The position numbers were made by a program, and so were the translations under genes. From assembly GCA_963700635.1 (NCBI GenBank), contig CAVOYH010000003.1:704001-768000 (forward strand): 64,000 bases of DNA, read 5' to 3'. Positions 9,071 through 19,064 of the stretch are shown piece after piece. The notes below the pieces were generated by a model that saw nothing but the letters and a program-made list of their open reading frames with translations, ran no database searches and was not told where the DNA came from. Positions within the stretch are counted from its first letter, which is position 1. The number at the start of each line of letters is the position of its first letter. This DNA is from an uncultured Bacteroidota bacterium. GTDB taxonomy: Bacteria; Bacteroidota; Ignavibacteria; UBA10030; UBA6906.

Positions 9071-9817
9071 TCAGATCACCTTGGCTTCGTCATGCAACAA
9101 TCGGAGCAATTCAGGGATTGCGGTTTTGTCGGTCCCGATAATTTTGCCGGATGATTTTGCCGGCGGTTTCCGCATCGCATCGGTGACCACCCGGGATTCG
9201 GCTGCAGCCGCTGGTTTCTCTTCAATCGGCTTGCTCTTGGCCGCCATGATCCCCTTGAGTGACGGATAACGCGGCTCGTTGAGCCCTTTTTGTGCAAGAA
9301 ATACTGCCGGGAGTTTTGTCTCAACCGTTTCATGCCCGCCTTCGATTTCGCGCTGGCAGACAACCTTGTCCTCCTGGAGGTCAACCTTGACAACAACTCC
9401 CACAGAAGGCATATCGAGCATTTCCGCCACAGACGTGCCAACCTGTGCATCGTCAAAATCGATGGATTGTTTGCCGAAGAGGATCACATCCGGGGCAAGT
9501 GTGCGCAGCTCCGCAGCGAGACCAAAAGCAACGGAATATGAGTCCCGTTCCGCCTCATCCACAAGCAGCACAGCCCTGTCAGCACCCATGGCCAGGGCTT
9601 TGCGGAGCGTTTCTTTGTGTTTTTCGCCACCCAGGCTAATGACCACCACTTCCCCCTTAAACTTGTCACGTATGCGGAGGCCCTCTTCGACGGCGATTTC
9701 GTCATACGGACTCATGATAAAATTCACCCCTGTGCGGTCAATACCTTTGTTATCGGGGGCGATTTTGATCTTTGTTTCCGTATCGGGGACATGGTTTATG
9801 CAGACTGCAACCTTCAT
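9071..9817 (-). CDS. etfB: Electron transfer flavoprotein beta subunit
   Basis: [40 protein letters not shown]. Confidence 0.96.
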   Translation of the reverse strand: MKVAVCINHVPDTETKIKIAPDNKGIDRTGVNFIMSPYDEIAVEEGLRIRDKFKGEVVVISLGGEKHKETLRKALAMGADRAVLLVDEAERDSYSVAFGLAAELRTLAPDVILFGKQSIDFDDAQVGTSVAEMLDMPSVGVVVKVDLQEDKVVCQREIEGGHETVETKLPAVFLAQKGLNEPRYPSLKGIMAAKSKPIEEKPAAAAESRVVTDAMRKPPAKSSGKIIGTDKTAIPELLRLLHDEAKVI

Positions 9818-9894
9818 CCAAATGGTCTCCTGTGTTGAATTATGGTGTTCCGGAGCCGGGACTGCTCTTCACGGAATCTCTGGGGGAGTATAGA

Positions 9895-9923
9895 AATATA
9901 CCATCCCACGCCCCCAAAGGCAA
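9895..9923 (-). promoter_or_regulatory. Putative sigma70 promoter for etfBA and downstream genes
   Basis: TTGCCT-N17-TATATT with a TGn extended -10 on the minus strand. Confidence 0.55.
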
Positions 9924-9930
9924 CCGGGCT

Positions 9931-9959
9931 TTGACTTTGTCCGATGATTTCCGTATTGT
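9931..9959 (+). promoter_or_regulatory. Putative sigma70 promoter for rpsT
   Basis: TTGACT-N17-TATTGT, back-to-back with the etfB promoter. Confidence 0.55.
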
Positions 9960-10013
9960 ATATGTTCAGTACCTTAACTGTTGACGTAATCCTTTTTTTG
10001 GAGAAGCAGCCGG

Positions 10014-10268
10014 ATGGCTCAGCACGAATCGGCGGAAAAGAGGGCCCGGCAGTCGAAACGCCGTGCAGCCCGTAATGCCCAGTGGAAATCGCGCATGCGT
10101 AATGCCATCAAGCGCGTCAGGACCACAACGGACAAAGACAAAGCAAAGACCGAATTGAACAAGACGGTAAAGCTGCTCGACCAGCTCGCCGCGAAGGGCG
10201 TGATCCACAAGAACACAGCATCCAACCAGAAGTCACGCCTCACCAAGCTTGTCAACTCCCTGAAGTAG
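10014..10268 (+). CDS. rpsT: 30S ribosomal protein S20
   Basis: 84 aa, basic; SAEKRARQ, KGVIHKNTASNQKSRL. Confidence 0.97.
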   Translation: MAQHESAEKRARQSKRRAARNAQWKSRMRNAIKRVRTTTDKDKAKTELNKTVKLLDQLAAKGVIHKNTASNQKSRLTKLVNSLK

Positions 10269-10862
10269 CTTTTCGAGCACTTCAAGGCGTTCACGAAAGC
10301 GTCCGGCCTCCCCCGGGCGCTGTTGCATCAAGAGACGGTATGCCGCAACAGCCGCCCTGTACTCACCTTGCTGCGCATAAATCTCAGCCAGTGTTACGGT
10401 CATTCGTTGCGGTACCTCGCCGTCGCTTCCTCTGCTGTCCTGTGATGGCGTAGCTTCCGGACTCTGCGTTCGTGCTCCCTCCGGCGAGCGTGATGACCCA
10501 AGGCGATCCCTTCCCTGCTTCACTCTCTGCAACTGGCGCAGCATAAAATCTATGCTGCTCTCTTCCTTGCCGGGTGTCGAAGGACCCTTCTGGGACTCTT
10601 CGCCCGAGACACGCCGTAACGCTTCGCCGACTTCCTTGAGTCCGGGAACAAGCTGATTCACTCGCAGAAACTGTGCCGCCGCATCGTCCGGCTTACCGAG
10701 ATCTTCATAACATCGCCCGAGAATCCAGTACCCTGTGGCATAGTCCGGATACTTCCGCGTACCACCCAGACAGAGGCTCAGGGATGCTGCGACCTCGCCC
10801 CTGACAAGCAACTCCACGGCACGTTCTGCAAACCGCGGAGCGATCTCCTCCATCCCGACCAT
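10233..10862 (-). CDS. Tetratricopeptide repeat protein
   Basis: TPR-like helices (YPDYATGYWILGRCY; TLAEIYAQQGEY..A..AY). Start is 10862 or 10853. 3' end overlaps rpsT. Confidence 0.75.
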   Translation of the reverse strand: MVGMEEIAPRFAERAVELLVRGEVAASLSLCLGGTRKYPDYATGYWILGRCYEDLGKPDDAAAQFLRVNQLVPGLKEVGEALRRVSGEESQKGPSTPGKEESSIDFMLRQLQRVKQGRDRLGSSRSPEGARTQSPEATPSQDSRGSDGEVPQRMTVTLAEIYAQQGEYRAAVAAYRLLMQQRPGEAGRFRERLEVLEKLLQGVDKLGEA

Positions 10863-10863
10863 C

Positions 10864-12336
10864 TTACCTACCACCGCTCGGCCGCCGGGCATGATATGCA
10901 TGCTTCACCGACAGGACAGAGACAAAGGAAAATCCCAGGAAGAACATCAGCTGAAAGGGAACCGCCGCTATTTCAAGAAAATAGACCGACGCGACCACTC
11001 CGATCAGACAGTACAGCGCGAGCACGACTTCCAGAATCACCGTCGCGCTGATCTTGATCGGCACATAACTCTTGTCACGCCACGAATCCGTCTTTGCTCG
11101 TATGGAGTACTTGGGTGTGCGTACAAATTCACTTTTCCGTTTGAAAAGACCTTCGAGCACGGCCCGGCTGTTATTGACGGCAAACCCCATACTGCCAGCC
11201 ATAAAGATCGGGAAAAGGAAAATCCGTTTGCGCCAGTCAACATAGACATCTTTTTGCGAAAATAGATAAAAAAGAAATGAACCGATAAACGCAAAGACAA
11301 AGACCGACATAAATACAAAATAGATGTCGTGCGCACCTGCATGCTTGATGAACACCAGCGGCACATTCAGTATTCCCGCCAGCACGATAAACGGAAAGAC
11401 GAGATTGTTCGTGAGGTGGAATGTCGCATGAACCTTGATCTTCAGCGGGAGCGCAGATTTCCAGACCTCCGGAAGCATTTTCCGGGCCGTTTCGATCGCT
11501 CCCTTGGTCCAGCGGAATTGCTGGGACTTCAACGCATTAATCTCTGAGGGCAGCTCTGCGGGAGATGTGACGTTGTTGAGATATTTGAATTTCCAGCCGC
11601 GGAGCTGTGCCCGGTAGCTGAGATCAAGATCTTCGGTAAGGGTATCCGCCTGCCAGTTGCCGGCATCCAGGATACATTCCTTTTTCCAGATGCCCGCTGT
11701 GCCGTTGAAGTTGATGAAGAACCCCACCTTGTTCCGCACGGACTGTTCGATGACAAAATGTCCATCCAGCGCCATGGCCTGTGTGCGGGTAAGCAGTGAG
11801 TAGTCGGCGTTAATATGTTCCCACCGTGTTTGCACCATACCGATCCGCGGATCGGCGGAGAAGTGTGGAAGTGTCTTAAGCAGGAAGTCCTGCCGAGGAA
11901 CAAAATCGGCATCGAAGATGGCAATAAATTCTCCGCGCGCGTTTGTCAGTCCTTCTTTGAGAGCACCGGCCTTAAATCCCTGCCGGTTCGCACGCCGGAC
12001 CTGCTTGATGTCAAAGCCGAGTTTCTGATACCGCTCCACATGCTCCGCAACAAGATCCACCGTCTCATCGGTCGAGTCATCGAGCACCTGAATCTCCAGC
12101 TTGTCCTTCGGATAGATCATTGCGCATGCGGCATCAATAAGGCGCCCGACGACATACACCTCATTGTAGACGGGAAGCTGCACGGTCACCACAGGATACG
12201 TATCCAGCGTCTTGACGGTGGGCTGTATCCGGGTGCGGAACTTCAAATAGTAATAGATCATAATAAAACCGTGCGACCCGAATACGAAGAGGATCGTTAA
12301 TGCGCCAATGTAGGTAAAGAGGATGATCTCTTCCAT
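10864..12336 (-). CDS. Cellulose-synthase-like family 2 glycosyltransferase
   Basis: QLPVYNE, DDSTD, KAGAL, DADF, TEDLDL, QQFRW (QxxRW) and flanking TM helices. Start placed at MEEIILF. Confidence 0.9.
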   Translation of the reverse strand: MEEIILFTYIGALTILFVFGSHGFIMIYYYLKFRTRIQPTVKTLDTYPVVTVQLPVYNEVYVVGRLIDAACAMIYPKDKLEIQVLDDSTDETVDLVAEHVERYQKLGFDIKQVRRANRQGFKAGALKEGLTNARGEFIAIFDADFVPRQDFLLKTLPHFSADPRIGMVQTRWEHINADYSLLTRTQAMALDGHFVIEQSVRNKVGFFINFNGTAGIWKKECILDAGNWQADTLTEDLDLSYRAQLRGWKFKYLNNVTSPAELPSEINALKSQQFRWTKGAIETARKMLPEVWKSALPLKIKVHATFHLTNNLVFPFIVLAGILNVPLVFIKHAGAHDIYFVFMSVFVFAFIGSFLFYLFSQKDVYVDWRKRIFLFPIFMAGSMGFAVNNSRAVLEGLFKRKSEFVRTPKYSIRAKTDSWRDKSYVPIKISATVILEVVLALYCLIGVVASVYFLEIAAVPFQLMFFLGFSFVSVLSVKHAYHARRPSGGR

Positions 12337-12386
12337 AGCAAGTATTTTTGTCAGAAACCTAAGTTGTGAATGGAACTGAGTGGCAG

Positions 12387-12899
12387 TCACCAGCCAGATA
12401 CTGTTTCAAGCAAGACATCTTCACTGATTTTCCGGATCGCTTCTTGCATTCCCGCCTTCCGTTGTGACACGCCACCTCCGGAGTCGTAGTCCCCCCAGTT
12501 GGAAAAATTCTTTTCCCAGACCTTGCGGCGTAGTTTCATGTCCTGAAATGTGAACTTGACCGACATGGTGATGCGGCGTTTGCTCACCTGCTCACCCTGC
12601 TCGACAACGGAGGGTGCATCGGTCACGGTAACGATGGACCCGACCAGCAGCGCATCTGCGGTACTCCGATCGGCAACCTGCAGACTGTTGTCGTTGATAA
12701 AGAGATCCGTCACGGACCGTGTCACTTCCTCCCGCAATCCAGGTTCACCGAATCCCGACTGATCGTCGATCAGTGGAACGGCGATGGTTTTCAGATGTGA
12801 CGGGACAGAAGCCCCGGTAAAGGAATAGACGCATCCGGTAACAAGGAACGCAACCGTGCAGGCAAAGATGTGTACGGGGCCGGTGTTCCGTCTTTTCAT
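12387..12899 (-). CDS. lptE: LptE-family lipoprotein (LPS assembly)
   Basis: Lipobox LVTGC followed by YSFTGAS; C-terminal W; usual position after the sigma54 activator in FCB genomes. Confidence 0.75.
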   Translation of the reverse strand: MKRRNTGPVHIFACTVAFLVTGCVYSFTGASVPSHLKTIAVPLIDDQSGFGEPGLREEVTRSVTDLFINDNSLQVADRSTADALLVGSIVTVTDAPSVVEQGEQVSKRRITMSVKFTFQDMKLRRKVWEKNFSNWGDYDSGGGVSQRKAGMQEAIRKISEDVLLETVSGW

Positions 12900-14062
12900 C
12901 CGTGCTCCCTCGCATCCAGCCCGTATTCCTTGATTTTTCTGTACAACGTGCGCTCGCTGATGTGAAGGGCCCGTGCGGCAACGCGGCGGTTGCCTTTGTA
13001 CCGCTCGAGGGCTTCGCTAATCATGCGCCGCTCCATTGTCTCCAGCGAGAGGTTCGCGGGCTCCACAGCCTCCCGGGACTCGTCCGGATCCGCGTTTCCC
13101 GACCGGTACATGTCCTGCGTTTGCAGATGGTCGAGAAGTTCATTTTTGAGGTCCAGAATACTTCCCTTGATGTCAAGCAATGCACGGAGGATCAATTCTC
13201 GTTCCGCCTGTTCAACGCTCCTGCCGACGGGAACCGGGAGATTTCTTTCTTCCGTAACACCCCGGAACTCTTTTAAGTATTTCTGCACATCCTGCGGTTC
13301 AAGATGGCGGCCGTTTTCCAGGATCAGCATGCTCTCCACCACATTGCGCAATTCCCGGACGTTTCCGGGCCAGTGATAGGATTGGAGGAGCGCCAGCGCC
13401 GAAGGGCTGATGCCGGCAAACGGCACGTTGTTCCTGCGGGAGATTTCAGCTGCAAAATGCCGAAAGAGCACGGGAATATCTTCCACGCGCTTCCGGAGCG
13501 GGGGGATGCTGATATTCACCGACCGGAGGCGGTAAAACAGATCTGCGCGGAACCGCTGCGCCTGGACTTCCACCTCGAGGTTTTTATTTGTTGCGGCGAT
13601 CACGCGCACATTCACTGTCCGCGATACCGATGAACCCACACGGAGAAATTCGCCATTCTCAAGTATCCGCAGAAATTTTACCTGCGCCGAGAGGGGTAAT
13701 TCACCCACCTCGTCGAGAAAGATACTCCCCCCGTCAGCCAGCTCGAAGTACCCCTTTCGCTGTTCCGATGCGCCGGTAAAGGACCCGCGCTCATGCCCGA
13801 ACAACTCACTCTCGATGATACCTTCGGGGATGGCGCCACAGTTCACGGTAATCAGGGGCTTTTTGCTGCGCGGGCTGGCTTCATGGATCGCTTTGGCGAT
13901 CACCTCTTTCCCGACGCCACTTTCCCCCGTCACGAGCACGGTGATATCTGTCGGTGCGACCTGTTCAATCACGTCAACGATTTTCCGTATTTCCATGGAT
14001 TCGCCGACGATACCATGCTCTTCCTGGAAACGGTCTGACTGTATGCGTACCGCTGCGTCCAT
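12896..14062 (-). CDS. Sigma-54-dependent Fis-family transcriptional activator (no sensory domain)
   Basis: [46 protein letters not shown] and a C-terminal HTH. Confidence 0.92.
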   Translation of the reverse strand: MDAAVRIQSDRFQEEHGIVGESMEIRKIVDVIEQVAPTDITVLVTGESGVGKEVIAKAIHEASPRSKKPLITVNCGAIPEGIIESELFGHERGSFTGASEQRKGYFELADGGSIFLDEVGELPLSAQVKFLRILENGEFLRVGSSVSRTVNVRVIAATNKNLEVEVQAQRFRADLFYRLRSVNISIPPLRKRVEDIPVLFRHFAAEISRRNNVPFAGISPSALALLQSYHWPGNVRELRNVVESMLILENGRHLEPQDVQKYLKEFRGVTEERNLPVPVGRSVEQAERELILRALLDIKGSILDLKNELLDHLQTQDMYRSGNADPDESREAVEPANLSLETMERRMISEALERYKGNRRVAARALHISERTLYRKIKEYGLDAREHG

Positions 14063-14068
14063 AATCCC

Positions 14069-14869
14069 CTAGCGTGAAATCACCATCGTATCAATATTTA
14101 GTTTCGTCTTGACCCCTGCCGCCGCCGTCTTGGCTTCATCATACGTGGCGTAGTCCCCCACGAGCACAATGAACAGCGCACGGGTATTGCGCACTTTGCT
14201 GACCAGTTCGGTTGCGTATCCCAACGATTCAAAACGCGCTTTCTGAGTTTCTGCGTTTGCATACAACGTGAATGCGCCCACCTGAAGAGAGAAACGCACC
14301 GGGATGGCCGTGTCCGACGGAATCTCCGGCGAAGACGGAGCCGTCTCTGCTGGAGTTGCCGTTGTTTGCGGCGCCGGGTCTGCCGTGGCCTCCGTCCCCA
14401 CGGGGGGCACTGGTGAAGGTTGTGGAGACGCCGATGGCACCACCGGAACCCGGCTGTGGTCCATCCGTGTGTCGTCCGCAGCCTCCCCGCCGTATGGCGA
14501 CGCAGGATAGCTGCTCTTCAGCTGGGCCAGCTTGAGCTCGGCCGTGCGATACAGTCCGAGGGCGTAGTAGAACTGATACACCTTATACAACGCATCATCG
14601 GCCCATTCACTCTGTGGAAAGTTGTCAACAATGCTCTGGTACGTACGCACGGCGTCGGCGCCTTCACGGGTCAGAAGCGCCTGGAGGTACAGCACGCCGG
14701 GGTTATTCGGATACTTGCTGATCAAAGACGGAAGCTGTTCACGAACGGCATCGTCGGCGCCGGCGTTCACCTGTGTTACCAGTTGCTGGATGTCCGGGGC
14801 GCCTCCCTGTGCGGAAAGGGTGTGTATCGATATCATACATGTCACAACGACAACCAGAGAACGCATCAT
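14069..14869 (-). CDS. Secreted TPR/BamD-like plus SPOR domain protein
   Basis: Signal peptide; FPQSEWADDAL repeat; Pro/Ala linker; C-terminal FSLQVGAF...VLVGDY (SPOR). Confidence 0.8.
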   Translation of the reverse strand: MMRSLVVVVTCMISIHTLSAQGGAPDIQQLVTQVNAGADDAVREQLPSLISKYPNNPGVLYLQALLTREGADAVRTYQSIVDNFPQSEWADDALYKVYQFYYALGLYRTAELKLAQLKSSYPASPYGGEAADDTRMDHSRVPVVPSASPQPSPVPPVGTEATADPAPQTTATPAETAPSSPEIPSDTAIPVRFSLQVGAFTLYANAETQKARFESLGYATELVSKVRNTRALFIVLVGDYATYDEAKTAAAGVKTKLNIDTMVISR

Positions 14870-16224
14870 GCGGCCTCTCCTTCGGTTTTCTGTGCGGCAA
14901 CCGGATTTCCGAACAGGGTCGCAGAATTGACTCGCTGAATGAGAATCGGGAGTGTCTGTCCGGTTGTTTCGCTCCCGTGCGGGAAGATAACGGTTTTATT
15001 GGTGTCGGTTCGACCCATAAAAGCTGTTTCCGATTTTTTGCTCGGTCCTTCCACAAGAACCGGCACAATAGTATTGACGAGGTGTCTATTCAGTTCCAGC
15101 GAGATCTCCTGTTGCATCGCCACAATCCCGGTTACACGCGCACTCTTCACTTCGTCCGGAATGTCGTCTCCCATTTCCCAGGCCTTCGTTCTTTCCCTGG
15201 CAGAGTACATGAACGTGTATGCACCGTCGTAGCGCACTTCGCGCATCAGTGACACGGTCATCCGGTGTTCGTCCTCGGTTTCCGTGGGAAACCCGGAAAT
15301 GATATCTGTGGTCAGGCTCACGCCGGGAATGGCGCGCCGGATTTTCTCCACGAGACGCATGTACTCCCCGACGGTGTACGTCCGGTTCATGAGCGAGAGA
15401 ATACGGTCGGATCCGGATTGAACGGGGAGGTGCACATACTTGCAGATATTCTCCTCCGTCGCAAGAGTTTCAATCAGCACATCCGACATATCCTGGGGAT
15501 GTGAAGTGGTAAACCGGATGCGCATCGAACGATCGACAGCAGCGACAGACTTGATCAGGGCAGCGAAGTCCACATCCCCGTCGCGGTACGAATTAACATT
15601 TTGTCCGAGCAGCGTGATTTCCCTGTATCCATGGTCGGCGAGCCTGCGGACTTCCTGGAGGATGCTGGTCAACGACCGGCTTCTCTCACGGCCCCGGGTG
15701 AACGGAACGACACAGAACGAACAAAACTTGTCGCACCCCCGCATCACGGAAATCCATGCACAAATACCCTCTGTTCGTAAGGGTTCGATATCATCGTATG
15801 TCTCGACACGTGACAGCCTCACGGCGATACCTTTTTCTCCCCCGAATGCGCTGCTCAGGAGATCGGGCAACTTGCGGTATTCATCCGGGCCAACGATCAG
15901 ATCAACCAGCCGTTCCTCTTCAATAAACTGCTCGCGCAGCCGTTCGGCCATACACCCGAGAACCCCCACGACAAGGTGAGGGTTGGTCCGTTTGTGTGCG
16001 TTGATGAGCCCAAGCCGCCCCCTGATTCGCTGTTCAGCGTTGTCGCGTATGGCGCATGTGTTCAGAAGAACAACGTCGGCCTCTGACATTTCGCCGGTAA
16101 ACATATACCCGCGGGATCTCAGAATCCCCCCGACGAGCTCACTGTCGGCCAGGTTCATCTGACATCCATAGGTTTCCACGTAGATTCGACGTGGGGTATT
16201 CAGGTGCACTGATTGGGAGTCCAT
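14866..16224 (-). CDS. miaB: tRNA-2-methylthio-N6-dimethylallyladenosine synthase
   Basis: ETYGCQMN, NTCAIR, GCMA, GCDKFCSFC (radical SAM), C-terminal TRAM domain. Confidence 0.96.
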   Translation of the reverse strand: MDSQSVHLNTPRRIYVETYGCQMNLADSELVGGILRSRGYMFTGEMSEADVVLLNTCAIRDNAEQRIRGRLGLINAHKRTNPHLVVGVLGCMAERLREQFIEEERLVDLIVGPDEYRKLPDLLSSAFGGEKGIAVRLSRVETYDDIEPLRTEGICAWISVMRGCDKFCSFCVVPFTRGRERSRSLTSILQEVRRLADHGYREITLLGQNVNSYRDGDVDFAALIKSVAAVDRSMRIRFTTSHPQDMSDVLIETLATEENICKYVHLPVQSGSDRILSLMNRTYTVGEYMRLVEKIRRAIPGVSLTTDIISGFPTETEDEHRMTVSLMREVRYDGAYTFMYSARERTKAWEMGDDIPDEVKSARVTGIVAMQQEISLELNRHLVNTIVPVLVEGPSKKSETAFMGRTDTNKTVIFPHGSETTGQTLPILIQRVNSATLFGNPVAAQKTEGEAA

Positions 16225-16238
16225 TTTGAGGGCTGACA

Positions 16239-16267
16239 AATTTACCTACAGAGTGACAGAAAAGCAA
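16239..16267 (-). promoter_or_regulatory. Putative sigma70 promoter for the miaB operon
   Basis: TTGCTT-N17-TAAATT on the minus strand. Confidence 0.45.
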
Positions 16268-16453
16268 TTTTGGCAGATTAGAAATTCGTTAATTCCTTTT
16301 AATGTGACCCCTTTTTTGTCTTTTTTCTCCATATTGTGACAATACGGCAGATATGCTTGTTAATTTTCTGAACCCCTGTGTTTCAAAATCACTTTGAGTT
16401 GCGTATCTTTGGTCTGCAATCCGGCAAATTCTAATGACCTACATAAAGACCCC

Positions 16454-17440
16454 ATGAAACCCAACAATTTGATGACCGATATTCACACCAAGGCCAAATC
16501 CCTTAAAAAGACCATTGTTCTCCCCGATGCCACGGATGAGCGCACCATCCAGGCCGCCCGCATCCTTGTAGATCAAGGACTGGCCTCTCCGGTGCTCATT
16601 GGTGATACCGGTACAATTGAAGCGGGAATAAAAAAGACAGCTACATCTGCGGATGGAATCCAGATCATTGATCCTTCACGCTCGGACCATCTGGAAAACT
16701 TCTCCGGAATCTTCTGCGAGCTCCGTAAATCCAAAGGACTCGAACTCGCGCAGGCGCGTCAGTTGATGCATCAACCGCTTTATTTTGGGGCAATGATGGT
16801 GAGGCAGGGGCTTGCCGCGGGCAGCGTGGCCGGCTCTCTCTCCACGACGGGTGACGTTTTGCGGGCAGCGATTCAGGTTATCGGACTGGCCGAGAATATT
16901 TCCATCGTTTCAAGTTTCTTCCTTATGGTGTTTCCCCATCAGGTGTACTCGTTTGCCGACAGCGCAGTGGTCCCAGATCCTACCGTCGAACAGCTTGCAG
17001 ACATTGGCATTTCCACTGCGGACAACCACCGTAGGCTGACCGGCGAAGAGCCACGAGTGGCCATGTTGTCGTTTTCGACAAAAGGAAGTGCTGACCATCC
17101 GCTTATTGAAAAAGTACAGAAGGCAACCGAGCTGTTCCGACAGAAGCGGCCTGATTTGATTGTGGACGGCGAGGTTCAGCTCGATACAGCGATCGTGCCG
17201 AAGGTTGCAGCATCAAAAGCCCCGGGGAGTCCGCTGGAGGGAAAGGCCAATGTCCTCATTTTCCCCGACCTCAATGCGGGAAACATAGGGTACAAACTGG
17301 CACAGCGTATGGCCGGCGCGGACGCAATCGGTCCCGTCGTGCAGGGTCTTCGTAAACCGGCATTTGACCTTTCCCGTGGATGTAGCGTCAGCGATATCGT
17401 GAATGTGGTGGCGATTAATGCGATTGTTGGAGCAGCGTAG
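16454..17440 (+). CDS. pta: Phosphate acetyltransferase
   Basis: [46 protein letters not shown]. Confidence 0.95.
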   Translation: MKPNNLMTDIHTKAKSLKKTIVLPDATDERTIQAARILVDQGLASPVLIGDTGTIEAGIKKTATSADGIQIIDPSRSDHLENFSGIFCELRKSKGLELAQARQLMHQPLYFGAMMVRQGLAAGSVAGSLSTTGDVLRAAIQVIGLAENISIVSSFFLMVFPHQVYSFADSAVVPDPTVEQLADIGISTADNHRRLTGEEPRVAMLSFSTKGSADHPLIEKVQKATELFRQKRPDLIVDGEVQLDTAIVPKVAASKAPGSPLEGKANVLIFPDLNAGNIGYKLAQRMAGADAIGPVVQGLRKPAFDLSRGCSVSDIVNVVAINAIVGAA

Positions 17441-17447
17441 GACCCGG

Positions 17448-17469
17448 GAGGAGCGCCGGGGGGCTCCTC
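17448..17469. terminator. Hairpin between convergent pta and ABC permease genes
   Basis: GAGGAGC-N8-GCTCCTC inverted repeat; no clear U tract. Confidence 0.35.
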
Positions 17470-18301
17470 ATGCTGTTCGTCCCGTCATCACACTCCACAA
17501 CCAGGCAACACCCAATCCCACCGATGCGACGCCCACGATGGCAGGTGAGGCCGGAACATCCAGGAGGAATGCCAGATATAATCCCACGAGGGGAGTAATC
17601 ACGCCGATTGTCACAGACACCAGAAAAATTGATTTCACCCTCCGTACGAGCAGCATGGCCGTTACCGGGGGCACAACCAGAAATCCGAACACAAAGAGGT
17701 CCCCTACCATATGCGTGGCCAGCGAGATGACCATGCCGGCGATCAGATAGAACACCATCTCCCACGCGCCCGCCCTGTACCCCTGTGCTGCTGCACTATC
17801 GGGATCAAATGAGACAAATGTAAATTCCTTGTAAAACAGCACATGTGCCGCCATCGCAACCACAAAACCCCCGAGCATGAGAAAAAACAATTCCGGAGTA
17901 ACAAAGAGAATATCACCACGCAACAGGCTTTCTATTTCTGCGACATCGACCCGCGCCGTTTTCTGCATGATAAGCAGTCGTGCCGTCACAGACGTAACGA
18001 AAACGACCCCGAGCACCGCGTCGCGGGGTGTCTTTTTTCCGGTGAGCAGACGGGAGATGATCACCACGGTCACCATGGTTGCCGCGAGTGCGCCAAGGGT
18101 ATGTGGGACGGCAAGAAACGGCAGAAACGTGATCGCCAGACCTAGCACCGACACCTGCGTGAGAACCGCCCCGAGAAAGACGACTCGTTTGGCAACGATA
18201 TAGACACCGAGGTACGCACAGGCTATCCCCACGAGAACACTGCCGTAGACGGCATACGGGAATTCCCGGAAAAGGATTCCGAACACTTCAATGGGGTTCA
18301 T
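17468..18301 (-). CDS. Metal (Zn/Mn) ABC transporter permease
   Basis: ZnuB/MntB-like: LGVYIV.KR..F, SFDPD.A, multiple TM helices. Confidence 0.88.
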   Translation of the reverse strand: MNPIEVFGILFREFPYAVYGSVLVGIACAYLGVYIVAKRVVFLGAVLTQVSVLGLAITFLPFLAVPHTLGALAATMVTVVIISRLLTGKKTPRDAVLGVVFVTSVTARLLIMQKTARVDVAEIESLLRGDILFVTPELFFLMLGGFVVAMAAHVLFYKEFTFVSFDPDSAAAQGYRAGAWEMVFYLIAGMVISLATHMVGDLFVFGFLVVPPVTAMLLVRRVKSIFLVSVTIGVITPLVGLYLAFLLDVPASPAIVGVASVGLGVAWLWSVMTGRTA

Positions 18302-19064
18302 GGAACCCTCCCACCGTAACAACAATATGTCCGCCGATATGATCAACCTTTACGGGAACTCCATACAGTGCCGAGAGGTGCGGTCCCGTGAGGATCTCAC
18401 GAACCCCGCCAACCTGAAAGAAGTCTTTTTCCACGATGGCAATCTGCTCGACATGATTTGCGACGTCATCAAGCAGATGAGAGACCATAATGATGGTCAA
18501 CCGTTCCTGACGGTGTAATGTGCCGATCAGGTCAAGGATTGCAGTGCGTGATGCAATGTCCATCCCGCTTGTGGGTTCATCCAGAATGAGAACGTCGGGT
18601 TCGGATGCCAGCGCGCGCGCAATCAATACCCGTTGCTTCTGTCCGCCGGAGAGATCACGAAAGACCTTTTTGGCAAGATCATCAATGCCCGCCTGGTGAA
18701 GGGCGTGGAGCACGGTTCCACCCTCGCCTTTTCCGGGGAAACGGAACATTCCGATCTGCCTGTACCGTCCCATCATGACCACGTCGGCTGCGGTATAGGG
18801 AAGCACAGAGTCGATCCTGTCGCGCTGAGGAACATACCCGAACCGAAGAGGACGTCCGTCGGGGAACGATGCGCTGCGTGAACCGGATCGGATCTTCAGG
18901 ATTCCAAGAATCGCACGCAAAAGGGTCGTCTTTCCTGCCCCGTTCGGTCCGACGAGTCCGACATATTCACCCTGATGGATGCTCAGAGAAATATCCCGAA
19001 GGATGATTTTACGGCCGTACCCGAGTGTTACCCGATCAAGATGGATGAGTGTATGTGGTGTCAC
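18288..19064 (-). CDS. Metal ABC transporter ATP-binding protein
   Basis: GPNGAGKTT, GYVPQ, LSGGQKQR, LDEP. Confidence 0.92.
   Translation of the reverse strand: MTPHTLIHLDRVTLGYGRKIILRDISLSIHQGEYVGLVGPNGAGKTTLLRAILGILKIRSGSRSASFPDGRPLRFGYVPQRDRIDSVLPYTAADVVMMGRYRQIGMFRFPGKGEGGTVLHALHQAGIDDLAKKVFRDLSGGQKQRVLIARALASEPDVLILDEPTSGMDIASRTAILDLIGTLHRQERLTIIMVSHLLDDVANHVEQIAIVEKDFFQVGGVREILTGPHLSALYGVPVKVDHIGGHIVVTVGGFHEPH

Noticed and set aside
16270-16453. AT-rich region upstream of pta with palindrome ATTGTGACAAT, considered as a Rex/FNR/CRP site
   Set aside because: Matches to the known consensus sequences are too poor to assign a regulator.
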